64,000 nucleotides of DNA, taken from positions 4,224,001 through 4,288,000 of the forward strand of contig CM000151.3 of NCBI GenBank assembly GCA_000004695.1. Direction: 5' to 3'. The notes beneath the pieces were generated by a model. The model made no database searches. It saw only the letters and a list, made by a program, of their open reading frames with translations, and was not told the DNA's origin. The translations under genes were made by a program, and so were the position numbers. This document shows, piece by piece, positions 1-17,263 of this stretch (position 1 is the stretch's first letter; each line of letters opens with the position of its first letter). The DNA is from Dictyostelium discoideum. Taxonomy: Eukaryota.

Positions 1-495
1 TTTCATCACCGAATGTTAGAAACTTTTCAGTTCCTACAACAACTACAACCACTTCTATTGGTTCAAATAGTTTTGTTTCACCAAGATTTATTGGAAAGAG
101 AACAACTCCAAGTATTTTTTCACCAAGAAAGCAATCCATTTGTAAACCTAAAAATACCACCTCATCATTGAGTAGTTCTTCATCTAATATTTCAAAATCT
201 ACAAATTCAACTCCAACTCCAACTCCTGCACCAATACTTACTTCAACACTTTCTGTAAATTCTACTTCAAGTAGTAGTAAATTACAAGAGAAAGCATTAC
301 CAACTAAAACTACATTCATTACACAAACTTCATCACCTTTATTATTACCACAGCCATTAACTTCAACATCAACATCAACATCAACATCAACATCAACATC
401 AACATCAACATCAACATCAACATCAACTACAATACCAACACCAACACCAACAACATCCTCATTTAAATCAAATTCATTCTCAACCTCAAATGATA

Positions 496-579
<84 letters not shown>

Positions 580-896
580 TTACTTCTCCAACTATAGTAT
601 CTTCACCATCTTCACCAACATCACCAATATCACCAACATCATCAACATTTATAAAAGGTCATTCTCATTCAAATTCATTATCTCAAACTCCATCCTCATC
701 ATCTTCTTCACTTGGAAATAGATTAACAGCACCAGGAAGACAATTAAATCATACAAATTCTACATCATCTTTAATATCAAAATTTAATCAAATTGATACA
801 CCTTCAGGAATTAATCAAGGTTGGAAAGGTGGTGTTGTAGTTCAAAAGAAACAAGATCCAGTTAAAAAATCTTTGGCTATTTTTGAAAAAGAATAA
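1..896 (+). CDS. 3' end of a gene for a Ser/Thr/Asn-rich low-complexity protein. It is partial because the frame is open from the window edge, and the stop is TAA at 894-896.
   Basis: Frame 3 is open from position 3 to the TAA at 894-896. The ORF-track 'start' at 168 is a TTG, not an ATG. It contains (TCAACA)n coding (ST)n and an (AAT)27 poly-N tract, and codon usage is AT-rich throughout. Confidence 0.5.
489..579 (+). repeat. (AAT)n trinucleotide repeat encoding poly-Asn
   Basis: About 30 direct repeats of aat lie in-frame inside the 1..896 CDS. Confidence 0.9.
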
Positions 897-972
897 TACT
901 ACCTCAACAAATAAATAATTACCATCATAATTGAAAAATAATTATGTTTGGATTGTATAATTAAATTAATTT

Positions 973-1003
<31 letters not shown>

Positions 1004-1428
1004 TAAAAAGATCTTAGTATAGATATTTTTTTTTTTTTTTTTATTGAATAATCAAATCAAATAATATTATTTTATCTTTGTGAACAAAGAATTAATTTTT
1101 TTATTTTATTTTTATTTTTTTTATTTTTCCTTATTTTTTGAGAGTTTCTGTAAATGTAATAAAAATGTTATGTATAAATTAAAAAGTTATTAAATTTATA
1201 TTTGAAACTAAAAAAAAAAAAAAAAAAAATTAACCACAATAATAATAAAATTATATAACCCCAAAACAAATACAAATTTCTTTCTTCTTTAAGAATTTTT
1301 TTATTTTTTTTAAAATCAATTATTTTGATTATATAAAAAAAAATAAAATTATTTAAACAATTTTTTTTTTTTTTTTTATTATTATTTCTAAAAAAACATT
1401 TTTAAAATATTAAAAAAAAAAAAAAAAA

Positions 1429-2889
1429 ATGAAATTAATAATTTTAGTAATAATATTTTTAAAATTAATATCAATTAATGGATTTGAAAATATTGATGGT
1501 AATAATTTTTTAATTGAAACAGTTGAAACAATTTCATTTAATGGTAATTTTAATTTTTCAAATAAATTTGATAAAATCAATGGTGATAGTAGTATTTGTT
1601 TTTCAGGAGTTGGAGGTGGTTTTAATGTTTTGGAATTTTCGTCGGGTTTAGGAAATTCTGAAATTTTCATTGTAAAAAGTGAAGAAGACTATTACTTTGA
1701 AGAATATGATCACTATGAAACTTGTAAACATCAAATTGGAATTACAGATTTACATGTTAAACCAAATCAAAAATTAAGAAATAAAACTTTTTATTTCTTT
1801 GTACAAGAAGAATATTATTATTCAGGTTGTTTTAATATTTATTTAAAAAATTGTGATATTAAAACAGATCAAAAAAATGATTCAATTTCTTATGAAATTC
1901 AAATTTTAAAAATTCATTCACCTTTAAATATTAGTCATTCAACAATTCCATCATTTCATATTTTCTTCACAATTTTCTTTATTTTAGTTTTTGGTATTTC
2001 AATTTTCCATATTTATATTTTAAAACAAAATAAAATTAATGGTGATATAATTACATTGTTTTCATTTATTTTAATAATATCAATTGTTGGTCATTCAATT
2101 TATCTTTCAAATTGGAATTTTCAACTTAAAAATATGGTGAAATTAATGGTAGAATTTTATTAGGTAATAGTAAGTTTTTAATTAAATTAAAAAATTATTT
2201 AAAATTATTTAAAATTGTTTTTAAAATTAATTTTAAATAATTTTTTTTTTACTTTTTATTTTTTTTTAGTTTTTACTTTTACATCAAATTCATTATTTTC
2301 ATTATTAATTATAAATATTAGTCAAGGTTGGGGATTAATATCAGATTTTGGTAAACGTTTTGCAATTATTTTTAATTGTGCAATATTTTTTTCAACTGAA
2401 ATATTAGGTTTAAGTGCTTATTTAGTTGAATCAAATAGTCAATTTTATGGTGGTGAATATAGAAATCCATTTAAATCAAATGTTGGTTATGTTTTAATAG
2501 CAATTCAAGGTTTAACAATTTTTTATTTTATTTTTTCAAACAAAATCTTTTCAAATTTGATTTCAACAGATCAATATCAACAATCATTTTTGGTTAAATT
2601 TAAAATAATTTTTTCAATTTGGATAATTTCAATTCCAATTTCAGAAATAATTAGTATTTTCATTGTTGACAATAATTTTAGATTCAGTTTATTTAGTATT
2701 ATTAATGATTCATTTAATTTAATTTTCTATTTATTAATAATTTATATTTATCATCCATGTAAAAGTAATATTTTAGTAAAAAGATTAAATAGTTATTATG
2801 ATGATGGTGATGAATTATCAATTAATCAAAATCAATCACAACAAAAAAGTATTGACGAAATTAATCTTGAAAATTTATATAACAAGTAA
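1429..2889 (+). CDS. Seven-transmembrane protein with a signal peptide and an N-terminal luminal domain of about 170 aa. The topology resembles GPR107/Lung-7TM. It appears to be two exons, roughly 1429..2163 and 2270..2889, but the junction is unresolved.
   Basis: ATG at 1429 is followed by a hydrophobic signal (MKLIILVIIFLKLISING). Two TM helices end ORF 1. ORF 2 (2215..2889) has five more TM helices and a C-terminal tail but no Met at all. Both ORFs are in the same frame. A GTAATAGTAAGT donor cluster sits at 2164-2175 and a polyT...TAG acceptor at 2267-2269. The in-frame TAG at 2161-2163 lies immediately 5' of the donor, so no canonical GT-AG pair preserves frame. Confidence 0.5.
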
Positions 2890-3110
2890 AAAATCAATAA
2901 TAATAATAATTTCAATTCAATATGATTTTATTTTTATAAAATTTAATTTTTTTTTTTAATTATTATTCAATAAAAAAAAAAAAAATTATCTTTATTTTTA
3001 AGAGATTGTTTTATTTGTTGGTTTTTTTTTTTTTTTTTTTATTTGGTTTTTTTTTTATTTCTTTTTTTTTTTTTTTATTTTTTTTTTTTATTAAATTGAT
3101 TTTGTTTTTA

Positions 3111-6916
<3,806 letters not shown>

Positions 6917-7350
6917 TAATTATTTTATTTGTGTATATGTGTTTGTGTGTGTGTGTGTATGTGTTTTTGTATACACGTTGAATTGCGATGAAAAGTGTAT
7001 TTTATTTATTTTTTTTATTTTTAGGTAATGTGTTTTAGAAATGTGAGTGTTGTTTTTCTGTTTTTGTTGTCGTTTTTTACTTTCTTTTATATTTATATTC
7101 CCTATTGTATCTGTATTGTTTTTTTTTGTTTTTTTTTTTTGTTTTTTTTGTTGAAAAAAAATAAAAAAATAAATCCAAAACTACTAAAACTTCTTTGAAA
7201 AAAATAAAAAAAAAAAAAAAATGAATATTAATGGAAATAAAAAAAACAATAATAAAAAAAAAATATTTAAAAATAAATGTTAGTTTAAAATCCTTATTAT
7301 TTTTATTATTATTATTTTTATTATTATTATTATTATTTTTATTATTATTA

Positions 7351-7449
<99 letters not shown>

Positions 7450-7821
7450 AGGGTGTTTGAATGAATGAGGGTATGAATACCACTATTTATATTTATATGT
7501 TATTAGTGTTGGAGGTTATTGTTTTTTGTTATTATTATAATAGTGTTTTTACAACTTAGGCGTTATATGTAAATTTCATACATTTGTATATAAATAATAA
7601 CAAAAACAAAAAAATAAAAAAAAAAATGAAAATTTTTCAATCAATGTCGAAAAAAAAAAAAAAAAATTTAAAAAAAAAAAAATTAAAAAAAAAAAATAAA
7701 AAAAAATAAAAATAAATGAAAATAGTAAGTTAATGAGAGAAGAAAAAAAAAAATAGTATGTTAATGAAAGAAGAAAAAAAAAATTTGAATAAAATAAAAA
7801 ATAAAATAAAAGTCAAAGGTG

Positions 7822-7858
<37 letters not shown>

Positions 7859-8210
7859 TAAATTTTTTTTTTTTTTTTTTTTTTTTTGATAAATTTATAC
7901 ACAAAAAAATTGATATTTATAGCTATTGAACAATAATGCAAATTAAGATTTTATATATTAAACAACTTGTATTTGAGGCTTGTCTATGTATTTGAGTTGT
8001 TGTGTTGTTGTTGGTTTTTTTTTTTGTTGTTTTTGAAAAAGGATAAAAAGTGAAAGTTGAAATTATATAAAATAAATTTGATATATAATTTTTTTTTTTA
8101 TAAAAAAAAAAAAAAAAGAAAAGAGAAAAAAGATAAATGTTTAATTTGTTTTTATCTTTTTTTTTTTTTGATTTTCTTCTTTTTTTTTTTTTGTTCACAT
8201 TCTTTTTCTT

Positions 8211-8806
8211 TTAAAAACCATGTATCTTGATAGATGGTTTTTGGGAGATCTTCTCTTCAATTAAAAAGAGAGCGATTTCTTTTCTTTTATCTCCTTGGAG
8301 TTTTATAATCATACCAAGGTTTTCTTCTTCTACTATGTTTCCATTACAATTTAATGATTTCTTAAGATGTTTCAAAATTTTTTTCAAGTCAATCTTAGGT
8401 GGTAATCCTTCTACGGTTGTTACTGCTTTACGGCCGCTTCTTTGGAAAATACGAATATGGACGTAACTGATACCTGAGTCTCCACCTAAATTAGAGTCTT
8501 CAGCAAATGGGTCTATTTTTTTTTTAAAAAAAAAAAAAAAACAAGATTATAAAAAAAAAAAAAAAAAATTAGTAAATATAAAGGAAAATATAAAAATAAA
8601 AAGTAACTATTCTAATTATTATATATATGTATATTTGTTTTAATATTCTCTTATTGGTTTTTTTTTTTTTTTTTCTTTCATATTTTTAAACTTTATTTTC
8701 TAAATATAATGCGGAGAAAAAAAAATAAAATAATAATAATAAATAATTAGATATAGGATTTATTTATTTACTTACCAGCTGAGTTAAGATTTTGAATTGA
8801 GCTCAT
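8211..8806 (-). CDS. eif1: Translation initiation factor eIF1 (SUI1), 110 aa, join(8776..8806, 8211..8512) on the minus strand
   Basis: Exon 1 is ATG AGC TCA ATT CAA AAT CTT AAC TCA GCT G, then a GTAAGT donor at 8775. The AATAG acceptor is at 8513. The spliced protein is MSSIQNLNSADPFAEDSNLGGDSGISYVHIRIFQRSGRKAVTTVEGLPPKIDLKKILKHLKKSLNCNGNIVEEEENLGMIIKLQGDKRKEIALFLIEEKISQKPSIKIHGF, which collinearly matches the eIF1 family (NLHSFDPFAD..., IHIRIQQRNGRKTLTTVQGI..., QLQGDQR). Splice phase 1/1 is consistent. Confidence 0.9.
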
Positions 8807-9487
8807 ACGAGTAAAATGTGATATAGTAATACTATGGATCTAATAAAAAGTTTAGAGTTGCTCTTTATAACTTTTTTTTTTTGTGCTGAATAATAAAAAA
8901 AATGAAAAAAAAATTTTTTTTTAAAAATAAAAAAAAGAAAAAGAAAAATAAAAAAAAATTTTAAAAAAAAAAATAAAAAAAAAATAAAATAAAAAAAAAA
9001 AAAAAAAAAAAAAATAAAAAAACATAAATTCAAATTTGGAACGGTTGGGGAACTTATAAACTAAAATAGTTTTTTTTTTTTTTTTTTTCTTATATTTTTC
9101 ATGATTTAATATATAAAATATATTTTTTTAATATTATTATTATTTTTAATTATTTTTAATTATTTTAAATTTTTATTTTATTTTATTTATTTGTTTTTTC
9201 CCAAAAATAAATAAATTAAAAAAAATACAAATAAAAAATAAAAACATAAAAAAAAATAAGAAAATAAATAAATGATTATCTTTTTTTTTTTGAGTTAATT
9301 AAAAAAAAAAAAAAATAATGATAATCAGATAATTCTATATTTTTAATTTTTTTATTTTAATTTTTTTTATTTATTTTTAGAATTCTAAAAATAAATAAAA
9401 AAAAAAAAAAAAAAAAAAATTAGATTTATTTTTTTTTTTTATTTTTTTATTTATTTATTTTTTTATTTTTTTATTTATTTTTTAAAT

Positions 9488-10891
9488 TTATTTTTCAATT
9501 CTAAATTTAATTGAATGATCAGATTGTTGAGATGGAATTAATTTAAATGGATGTGATAATTCTTCAGGACCTAATTTTTTACCTTCTTTATAATCAGAGA
9601 CTTCTATACAAGATGAGGTGATTTTACCAGTAAAGGTAGAGATGGCATCATCATAATTTGAGCCCCATGTGATTGTACCTGTGATATTTTCGCCATCACG
9701 TTTCACTACATCCAATTTAAAGTTTTCAATTGAGGTACTTGTACCCTTCCATTGAGAATCTGGTTGTATATTTGTAACGGGTGGGGATTTTGTTAATTTA
9801 AGTTTAAAAGTTGAATCACCAACTTTTCCTATGATTTGGTCACCATAGATGGTGGATTTATAGTCGTTTGGAACCTCTACATCATCTTCACCACTTATGA
9901 TTTCATATTCTTGGAAATTGAATTCACCATTGGTTGCCACTACTTTACCCTTATATTTTGTTTTTGCATAACCTAAATTAATCCAAGTGATTACACCCGA
10001 AACTTCTTCACCATCACCTACAAAATCATCAACTGTCATAACCAATGGATAATGATCATCATCACTTGAACAAACACCTGCCCATTCACTACCTTTAATT
10101 AAAAATCCTGAATTTATTACTAAATTATTTGTTGTACTTGTTGAATTATTTTTTGATTTTGATTTTGGTGATGTTGCTGTAGCTGTACCTGTATTTGTAG
10201 TAGTAGTAGTAGCTGTAGTAGCTGTAGTAGTATTTGTTGGTATTGCAACAACTGGTGCAGTTTCTATTAAAAATAATAATAATAATAATTAGTAATTTAA
10301 TCTTTAAATTTTATATATATATATTTTTTTTTTATTACATACTTTGACCAACTAAGAAAGCAGTATGATCAACTAATTTTTTAGATTTAATACAAGAATC
10401 AATCCAAGTTGATTCAACACAAATAATTTTTAAACCTTCTGCTTTTGAAATGATATCATTAAATGTTTTATAATCATCTTTTAGATCAGATGGTTTCAAG
10501 ATGAGATAATCAGTTTTCTTTGTCATTGTATCAACTGATTTACCACCACAAATCTTAATTATACCTTTAATTTCATTTGTTTTAGTCTTTTGACTTGTAT
10601 TACTATAAAATGCAAATTGAAGATCATCAAAAAATGATGTTGTTGTATTTGCTTTAGTTCTTTTAACTGCACGACGCTAAATAAATAAAAAAAAAAAAAA
10701 AAAAAAAAACAATCAATATTAAAAAACTAATAATAATAATAATAATAATAAAAATACAAATAATAAAAATACCTTCATAGCATCATCAAATCTTCTTTGA
10801 ATACCAACTAAATCTGGATCATTGATTGAATTTGTAAAATTTGAAAGAATCTATTATTTGAATTTATAATTATTATTATTAGTATGGGAAA

Positions 10892-10954
<63 letters not shown>

Positions 10955-11149
10955 AGTAAATTAAATACATACATCAGCAATTGGCATAATTTCAATATAT
11001 CTTTCATTGTCAACTTTAATTTTTTTATTTCCAATTGTTGCCAATGATGAATTGAATGACTTTTCAAATCCATCTAATAATGATGAATCATAAGGTTTCC
11101 AAGCATCACCATCTAAATAATACCAAATATAAGCATTTGCATGACTCAT
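9488..11149 (-). CDS. WWE-domain plus BRCT-domain protein of about 455 aa with a C-terminal tandem-repeat domain of unknown function. Model is join(10973..11149, 10773..10850, 10343..10676, 9488..10263) on the minus strand.
   Basis: Exon 1 (ATG 11147-11149) encodes a WWE-like motif, AYIWYYLDGDAWKPYDSSLLDGFEKSF...YIEI, with a GTATGT donor at 10972. Exon 2 (ILSNFTNSINDPDLVGIQRRFDDAMK) has a GTATTT donor at 10772. Exon 3 encodes a BRCT-like fold (KIICVESTWIDSCIKSKKLVDHTAFLV) with a GTATGT donor at 10342. Exon 4 follows a TTAATAG acceptor at 10264 and carries a T-rich linker and two repeats (G.ITW...Y..GK). Phases at every junction are consistent. Confidence 0.75.
10880..10960. repeat. (AAAT)n microsatellite inside intron 1 of the WWE/BRCT gene
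   Basis: About 20 tandem aaat units. Confidence 0.9.
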
Positions 11150-11320
11150 TTTCTAATTTTTTTTTATTCTTTATTTTTTATTTAATATACAAATGACTAT
11201 TGTTAAAATTAATAAGAAAAAAAAAAAAACAATTAAAAAAAAAAAAAAAAAAAAGTTTGAAATTAAAAAAAAAAAAAAAAAAAAATTGTTTTGATATTTT
11301 CAAAAAAAAATATTTTTTCT

Positions 11321-11364
<44 letters not shown>

Positions 11365-11383
11365 ATCATATTCCCAAATCACC

Positions 11384-11427
<44 letters not shown>

Positions 11428-11468
11428 AACAACTTTTAGATTGATTTTATTATTTTTTTTATAAAGAT

Positions 11469-11857
11469 TTATTTTCTTGATAATTTTTTAGAGATTTTAC
11501 TTAATTTTGCTTTTGCAAGCATTCCCAAGAAACGAGCTCTTTCACGATAATGCACGATTGACATAATAATAATAGCAATGATAGCACAAGCAATCACTAT
11601 ACCAACTATTGCACCAACAGATAATGAATTAACTTTATTATCATTTGGAAAACAATCATTAACATCAATTAACACTGAAAATGATGTACTTGATACTCTT
11701 GCATCGACACATGGTGGTGATGATGATAACTCCTTTTCATTACCTTTTGAATCATATGTTGCAAATTTAATATTACCAAAACTATTACTACTTTTACTAT
11801 CAAAATTAACTAATTTCAATATTGTTTTTTCATTTGTTGATGATGATGATGATTCTG

Positions 11858-11906
<49 letters not shown>

Positions 11907-13927
11907 TAATAAATTTTCATTTATTTTAATTATTACAATACCATTAATATCAGCTAATTTTGAAATATTTATTGTTGAAAAGGAATAAAGTGAATCAATA
12001 ACAATTATAATTTTTGATGATGAGTCATTTGATTGTATGAAATTACCAATTATATTGAAATTGTTAACAGAGAAACTTGACCCGAATTCACCACTATTTT
12101 GAATGATTGTACTATTAATATTACCATTACCTTTAATTGATCCACCATTTAATTGAATTGAATTATCACTTGATAATGTACCACCATTTAAATTTAATTC
12201 ACTACCATTTTCATTCCTAAATTCGTAAATATAAATAGTATGATTATTAATATTTAATTGAGTTAAACTATCATTACCACCACCACTACCACTACCACTA
12301 CCACTACCATTGCCATTACCATCACCATTATTAATAAATGAAATATTAATCTCAACATTATCATTATCAATATTGAATATACCATCATTTTTTAGTGTAA
12401 TATTATTACTTTTAATATTTGTATCATTTGTGTAATAAATACCACCAGATGATAAATTATATATACCATTTTGATTAATTTCAAAAGTTGAATTATTATT
12501 TAAATATAGATTACCTGATGTTTTAACAATACCATTGTCTAAAATAAATTTTGAATTTTCAAGATTAATGTAAGAATTTGGGTGAATTATTAAATTACCT
12601 TTATTAATTATGAATATAGAATCATTTAAATTAATGTATGATGAATTTTGTAGAATTGAATTACCACCTTCAATATAAACAGTCGTAAAATTAGTTTCAA
12701 ATTCTCCATTAATTATTAAATCATCATAAGAGTATATAATGGAATTTTGAATTCTCAATGACGATTTATTATTAACAGTTAATGAACCATGTGATTTAAA
12801 TACTGAATCAATAATTACTACAACTATATCACTATTAAATATTGTAGATTTATGTGAATTAAAATCACAAGAATTAAATTTAATTTCACCATTAAATTCT
12901 GCACTACCCCATGAATTGAAAATACTCTTTTCTATTGTAAATTCTGAATTTACTGATGAATAAAAGTCATTTCCTATATTAATAATAGATTCCATACCGG
13001 TTATACCAAATTTAGAATTACCATTAATTTTTAAATCACCATAAATTGACAATTCTGATTTATCATTTACAAAAAGTTTAGAAATACCATTTAATAATAA
13101 ATCACCATTAATTGTCATTTCATTATTATCAAATAATAAAAATAGAGAATCATCATTTAAATGTAAACTTCCAGAAATAAATAAATCTAAATTATTCATA
13201 GTATTAAAAATAGATTGATTCATTAACATTGCATCACCATTTATTTCAATATTTGAATTATTTAAATAAATTTGACTTTTATCTTTCATTATTAGCCCCC
13301 CATTTAAATTAATTTTTGAATTATTTTCAACATTAATAGAACCATTATTATTAATTTCCAATTTATTACAATTTAAAAATAAATTTGATTTTTGGTCTTT
13401 TTTTAAAAAAAAAATTAATTAGTTAATTATATTTATATATTTATTTTTTATATATCAATAAAATTTAACATACAAATATTTAAAAAACCTCCAATAATAA
13501 AATTTTTGGTTGAAATTGTTGTGTTTTTAAAAGTTGGGTTAAATATACTATTACTATTAATTTCAAAGTAATATTTTACATATATTGAATTATTAACATT
13601 TAATATTGCACCATTTTCCATAATGAAACTTCCTCTATTTATATCCATTGAATCATATACACTATATTGACCATACAAATAAAATGACCCATTATTAATT
13701 GTAAAATATTCTGAAGAACATATTTCATCATAATCTATTAATAAATTACCACCATTTGATAATAATAATGAGTCATCTTTAGTTGGAACTTTTTCAGGAT
13801 ACCAATTAGTTTTATTTAAAAATGATTGTTTATTATTTCTATCACCAACATATACAAGTCTATCACAATTTGATAATTTAATTATTAATATAATTAAAAA
13901 AATAATAAATAAAAATATTTTTTTCAT
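11469..13927 (-). CDS. Type I membrane protein of about 793 aa with right-handed beta-helix-like N/G/I-rich repeats, a signal peptide and a C-terminal TM helix. Model is join(13474..13927, 11469..13396) on the minus strand.
   Basis: ATG 13925-13927 with signal MKKIFLFIIFLIILIIKLSNC. A GTATGT donor at 13473 in phase 1 pairs with an AAAAAAG acceptor at 13397, giving a 77-nt intron. Exon 2 encodes repeats of the type 'SIYGDLKINGNSKF' and 'NGEIKFNSCDFNS', a (GS)n linker, and then a TM helix (VGAIVGIVIACAIIAIIIMSIV) followed by a basic tail. Confidence 0.7.
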
Positions 13928-14004
13928 TTTTATTATAATTTTTTATTATTATCTAAAATCAAATAAATATTAATTATTTATTATTAATTATTATTATTAT
14001 TATA

Positions 14005-14039
<35 letters not shown>

Positions 14040-14536
14040 ATAATTCGAAAACCATTTAATCTGGATTATAAAAATTGGGTTTTCTTTAAAACTTTTTTTT
14101 TTTTTTATTTTTTATTTTTTATTTTTTTTGTCATATATAATCCAGAACAAGATTTGAATCATTACAAAAAAAAAAAGAAAAATTGCAATAAAAGAATTTC
14201 AAATTAAATTTAGGGAAAAAAAAGTTTTTTTTTGGAACATAACCAATCCAATTTCCTTCCTCCAATTTCTATTTCCAAAAAAAAAAAATTTGGCCTAATT
14301 TTTTTCAAAATAATATAATTCAACAACCCAGCTTTTTTTAAAAAAAAAATAACCAAGTATCTTTTAAAATTTAGAAAATATTAAAAAAATAAACAATTTT
14401 TGATTAAACAATTTGTTTTTTTAATCAAACTTAGAAAAAATGGAAATAATAAAAATAGATTTTTTTTTTTTTTTTTAGATTTTTTTTTTTTTTTTTTGTA
14501 AAAAAAAAAAAAAATTTTAAATAGTTATATGTTTAT

Positions 14537-15106
14537 TTAAATGTGTTGCAAACCCAAAAGTAGGCTAGCGGCATTTGTATCAGGTTGATTATGATTTTTA
14601 TGGTTTGGTTCATTTTTTGTACAGGTGTTATTTTTTTCTTTAGATTCTTCAACTTGGTGGTGGTGGTTGTGATGGTCATCATCTTCATCATTATTTGAAC
14701 TAACTAAAAATGATAAATTACCCTTTGAAGTGGTTGATGATGTTGATAAAGGTGATGATTGCATTGAGGAATATATTGATGGAAGTACGGATTTATTTGT
14801 TGAAGAAGTTGTTGGTGTTTTTAAATTATTTATATTATTACTACTATTTATTGGTGAGGAATTTGGTGTTGAAAGTTCAGAATCTACAGTTTTTTGTTGG
14901 TGTTGTTGTTGTTTTTTAAAGGTCTCGTTATTATTATTTTTATTATCATCATTTTGTTGTTGTTGTTGCTCTTCTTGTTCTTCATTTCTTTCGAATTGAC
15001 GTTTAGAGAAAGAAAAATTCTTTAAACGATTATTGTGTTCATTTTCTAAATCTTCTTCATCAGATTCAGATTTTCCATTTGAAAAGTAATTAAAGTTTGG
15101 AAGACG

Positions 15107-15180
<74 letters not shown>

Positions 15181-15721
15181 TATTTAATCTTTGTTGTGAT
15201 GATTGTTGTTGTTGTTGTTGTTGTTGTTGAAAACCTTCTTGTTTTAATTTTACTTGATCAATTTGTTTTTTGATAAAATTACTCAATTCTTCAATATCGT
15301 ATTTGAGAATATCTTGAGCAATACCAGGATTACCAGCAATTAATTGATTAAGTTGTTGTTGGAAACTTTGGAAAAAACTTGGATGTAAATTTGATGGGAA
15401 AAAATTGGTCATATTGGTTGCACTAATAATTTTATTAATGGTTGAATAATGATCATTATTATTATTATTACTATTATTACTATTATTACTCTTTTCCTTT
15501 GCAAGGAATGATTGTAAATGATTTCTTAACTCAGTTGTTGGTACTTGTGAATTATTATGATTATTAAATAATTTTGGTAAACCATTACCTCCATTGTATT
15601 GTTGTTGTTGTTGATATTGTTGTGAATATTGTTGTTGTTGTGGTATTTGTTGTTGTTGTTGTTGTTGTTGTTCGGAATAATATTTCATTGATGGAATACC
15701 ACCACTTGTACGATGGTGAAG

Positions 15722-15775
<54 letters not shown>

Positions 15776-15812
15776 TTGTTGTTGATATTGTTGTTGTTGA
15801 ATTTGTTGTTGA

Positions 15813-15846
<34 letters not shown>

Positions 15847-16858
15847 GGAATAATAATGAAGTTGGTACTCTATTATTCATTTGTTGTTGCTGTTGTTGTT
15901 GTTGGTATTGTTGTTGTACTTGAACTTGATATTGTTGATATTGTTGATTATAATTATTTGCATTATTATTATTATTATTATTATTACCATTATTACCATT
16001 ATTATAATTTAAAAGTTTATTATTTACAATAATTGGCGGTGAAGTTTTATTTGATAATGGAATTTGTTGTTGCATAATTAAGTATTGATATTCAGGATGT
16101 TTTAATTTGATATGCATTTTAAGGGCATTCTCAGAACCATAGATTTTTTGACAATTTGCCATTGAACATTTGAAAGATCTATCGATTTCAACTGCCTTTC
16201 TTCTCTTTCTTTTTTTACGTGGGTCATCTTCATCATCCTCTTCTTCAATACCTAAATCACCACTTGATAATCTTTTTTGTGAACCAGATAAATCTTCACT
16301 AACATCATCATTTTCAGAGAGTAAAGCAGATTTCAATGGTTCTGGTGATGATGAAGTTGATGATGATTTAATTGGTAATTTATCACCAACCATCGTTGAA
16401 CCACCACCACCAATACTTGTATTCAAGTTACCATTTGATGATGATAAATCGACTTGTTGTTCGTTTAATGGCGATGATGGAGTTTCAGTGATTTCGGCAT
16501 TTGATTGGCTATCAAATGATTTTCCTAACAATTGTTTTGATGAAGTGGTACCATTACTATTACTAACAAATAAACAAAAAGTTTCACCAGCTGGTAAGGT
16601 AGGAGCAATTGCGACGACATCTCCATCGAGGTCTTTCAAGAACAGTCTGGAATTACTTGGTAATTGGAATACAGTTTTGATTGCCTCCTCAATGGTTTGT
16701 GATGGTGTTGAACCATACCAACTTACAAACTCTTCTTTACCATTATAAACGATTGATACTCTTGTTTTTGAAAAACTTGATCTTTTTGGTTGTTCTGGTG
16801 AAAGTGGTGATTGTTTGTGTTGAAAATTGTTTTTGAAATATTGAATTTTCGGTTGAAC
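14537..16858 (-). CDS. PB1-domain plus single C2H2 zinc-finger Q/N-rich protein, a putative transcription factor. Only the 3' exon(s) are resolved; the initiator exon was not found.
   Basis: The frame is open from 16858 to the stop at 14537 with no Met before STMVGDK. It encodes a PB1-like fold (SIVYNGKEEFVSWYGSTPSQTIEEAIKTVFQLPSNSRLFLKDLDGDVVAIAPTLPAGETFCLFV), a KRKRRK NLS, a C2H2 finger (FKCSMANCQKIYGSENALKMHIKLKHP), and very long polyQ/polyN tracts. The upstream in-frame ATG at 16876 terminates after 5 codons (MNQTI*), so at least one 5' exon must lie upstream of 16858. A candidate ATG at 17099 lacks a convincing donor. Confidence 0.55.
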
Positions 16859-16900
16859 TTAAAATGGTTTGATTCATTGTTTATTTTTTTTTTTTTTTAG

Positions 16901-16941
<41 letters not shown>

Positions 16942-17216
16942 TTATTAATTATTAATTATTATTATTACTATTTAACAAAAGGTGATAAAGAAATATATAT
17001 TTAATATATTATTCTAATAAGTTGATGGTGATCGCTTTGGTTAACTGGAAGATATTTTAAAAATGTATGATTATTTTCTTCAAAAAAGACCTTTCCCATT
17101 AATTCGTCTAAAATATTTATAATTATTAAATGTTAGTATTTTTTTTTTATAAAACTATTTTAAAAAAAATAAAAAAAAAATAATAATAAAATATATACGC
17201 ATATAATTTTTATTAT

Positions 17217-17263
<47 letters not shown>

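Noticed and set aside
7231-7464. ORFs encoding poly-L/I over (TTA)n near 7300-7450
   Set aside because: They are an intergenic microsatellite upstream of Bre1.
8227-8466. 79-aa plus-strand ORF
   Set aside because: It is antisense to the well-supported eIF1 exon 2 and has no family resemblance.
15574-16032. Poly-Val ORF on the plus strand
   Set aside because: It is a mirror image of the (CAA)n polyQ coding repeats of the minus-strand gene.
16170-16748. 192-aa plus-strand ORF
   Set aside because: It is antisense to the PB1/C2H2 gene and low-complexity, and its 'start' is a TTG or GTG.
16874-16876. ATG upstream of the PB1 gene
   Set aside because: It is in frame but terminates after 5 codons (MNQTI*), so it cannot be the initiator without an intervening intron.
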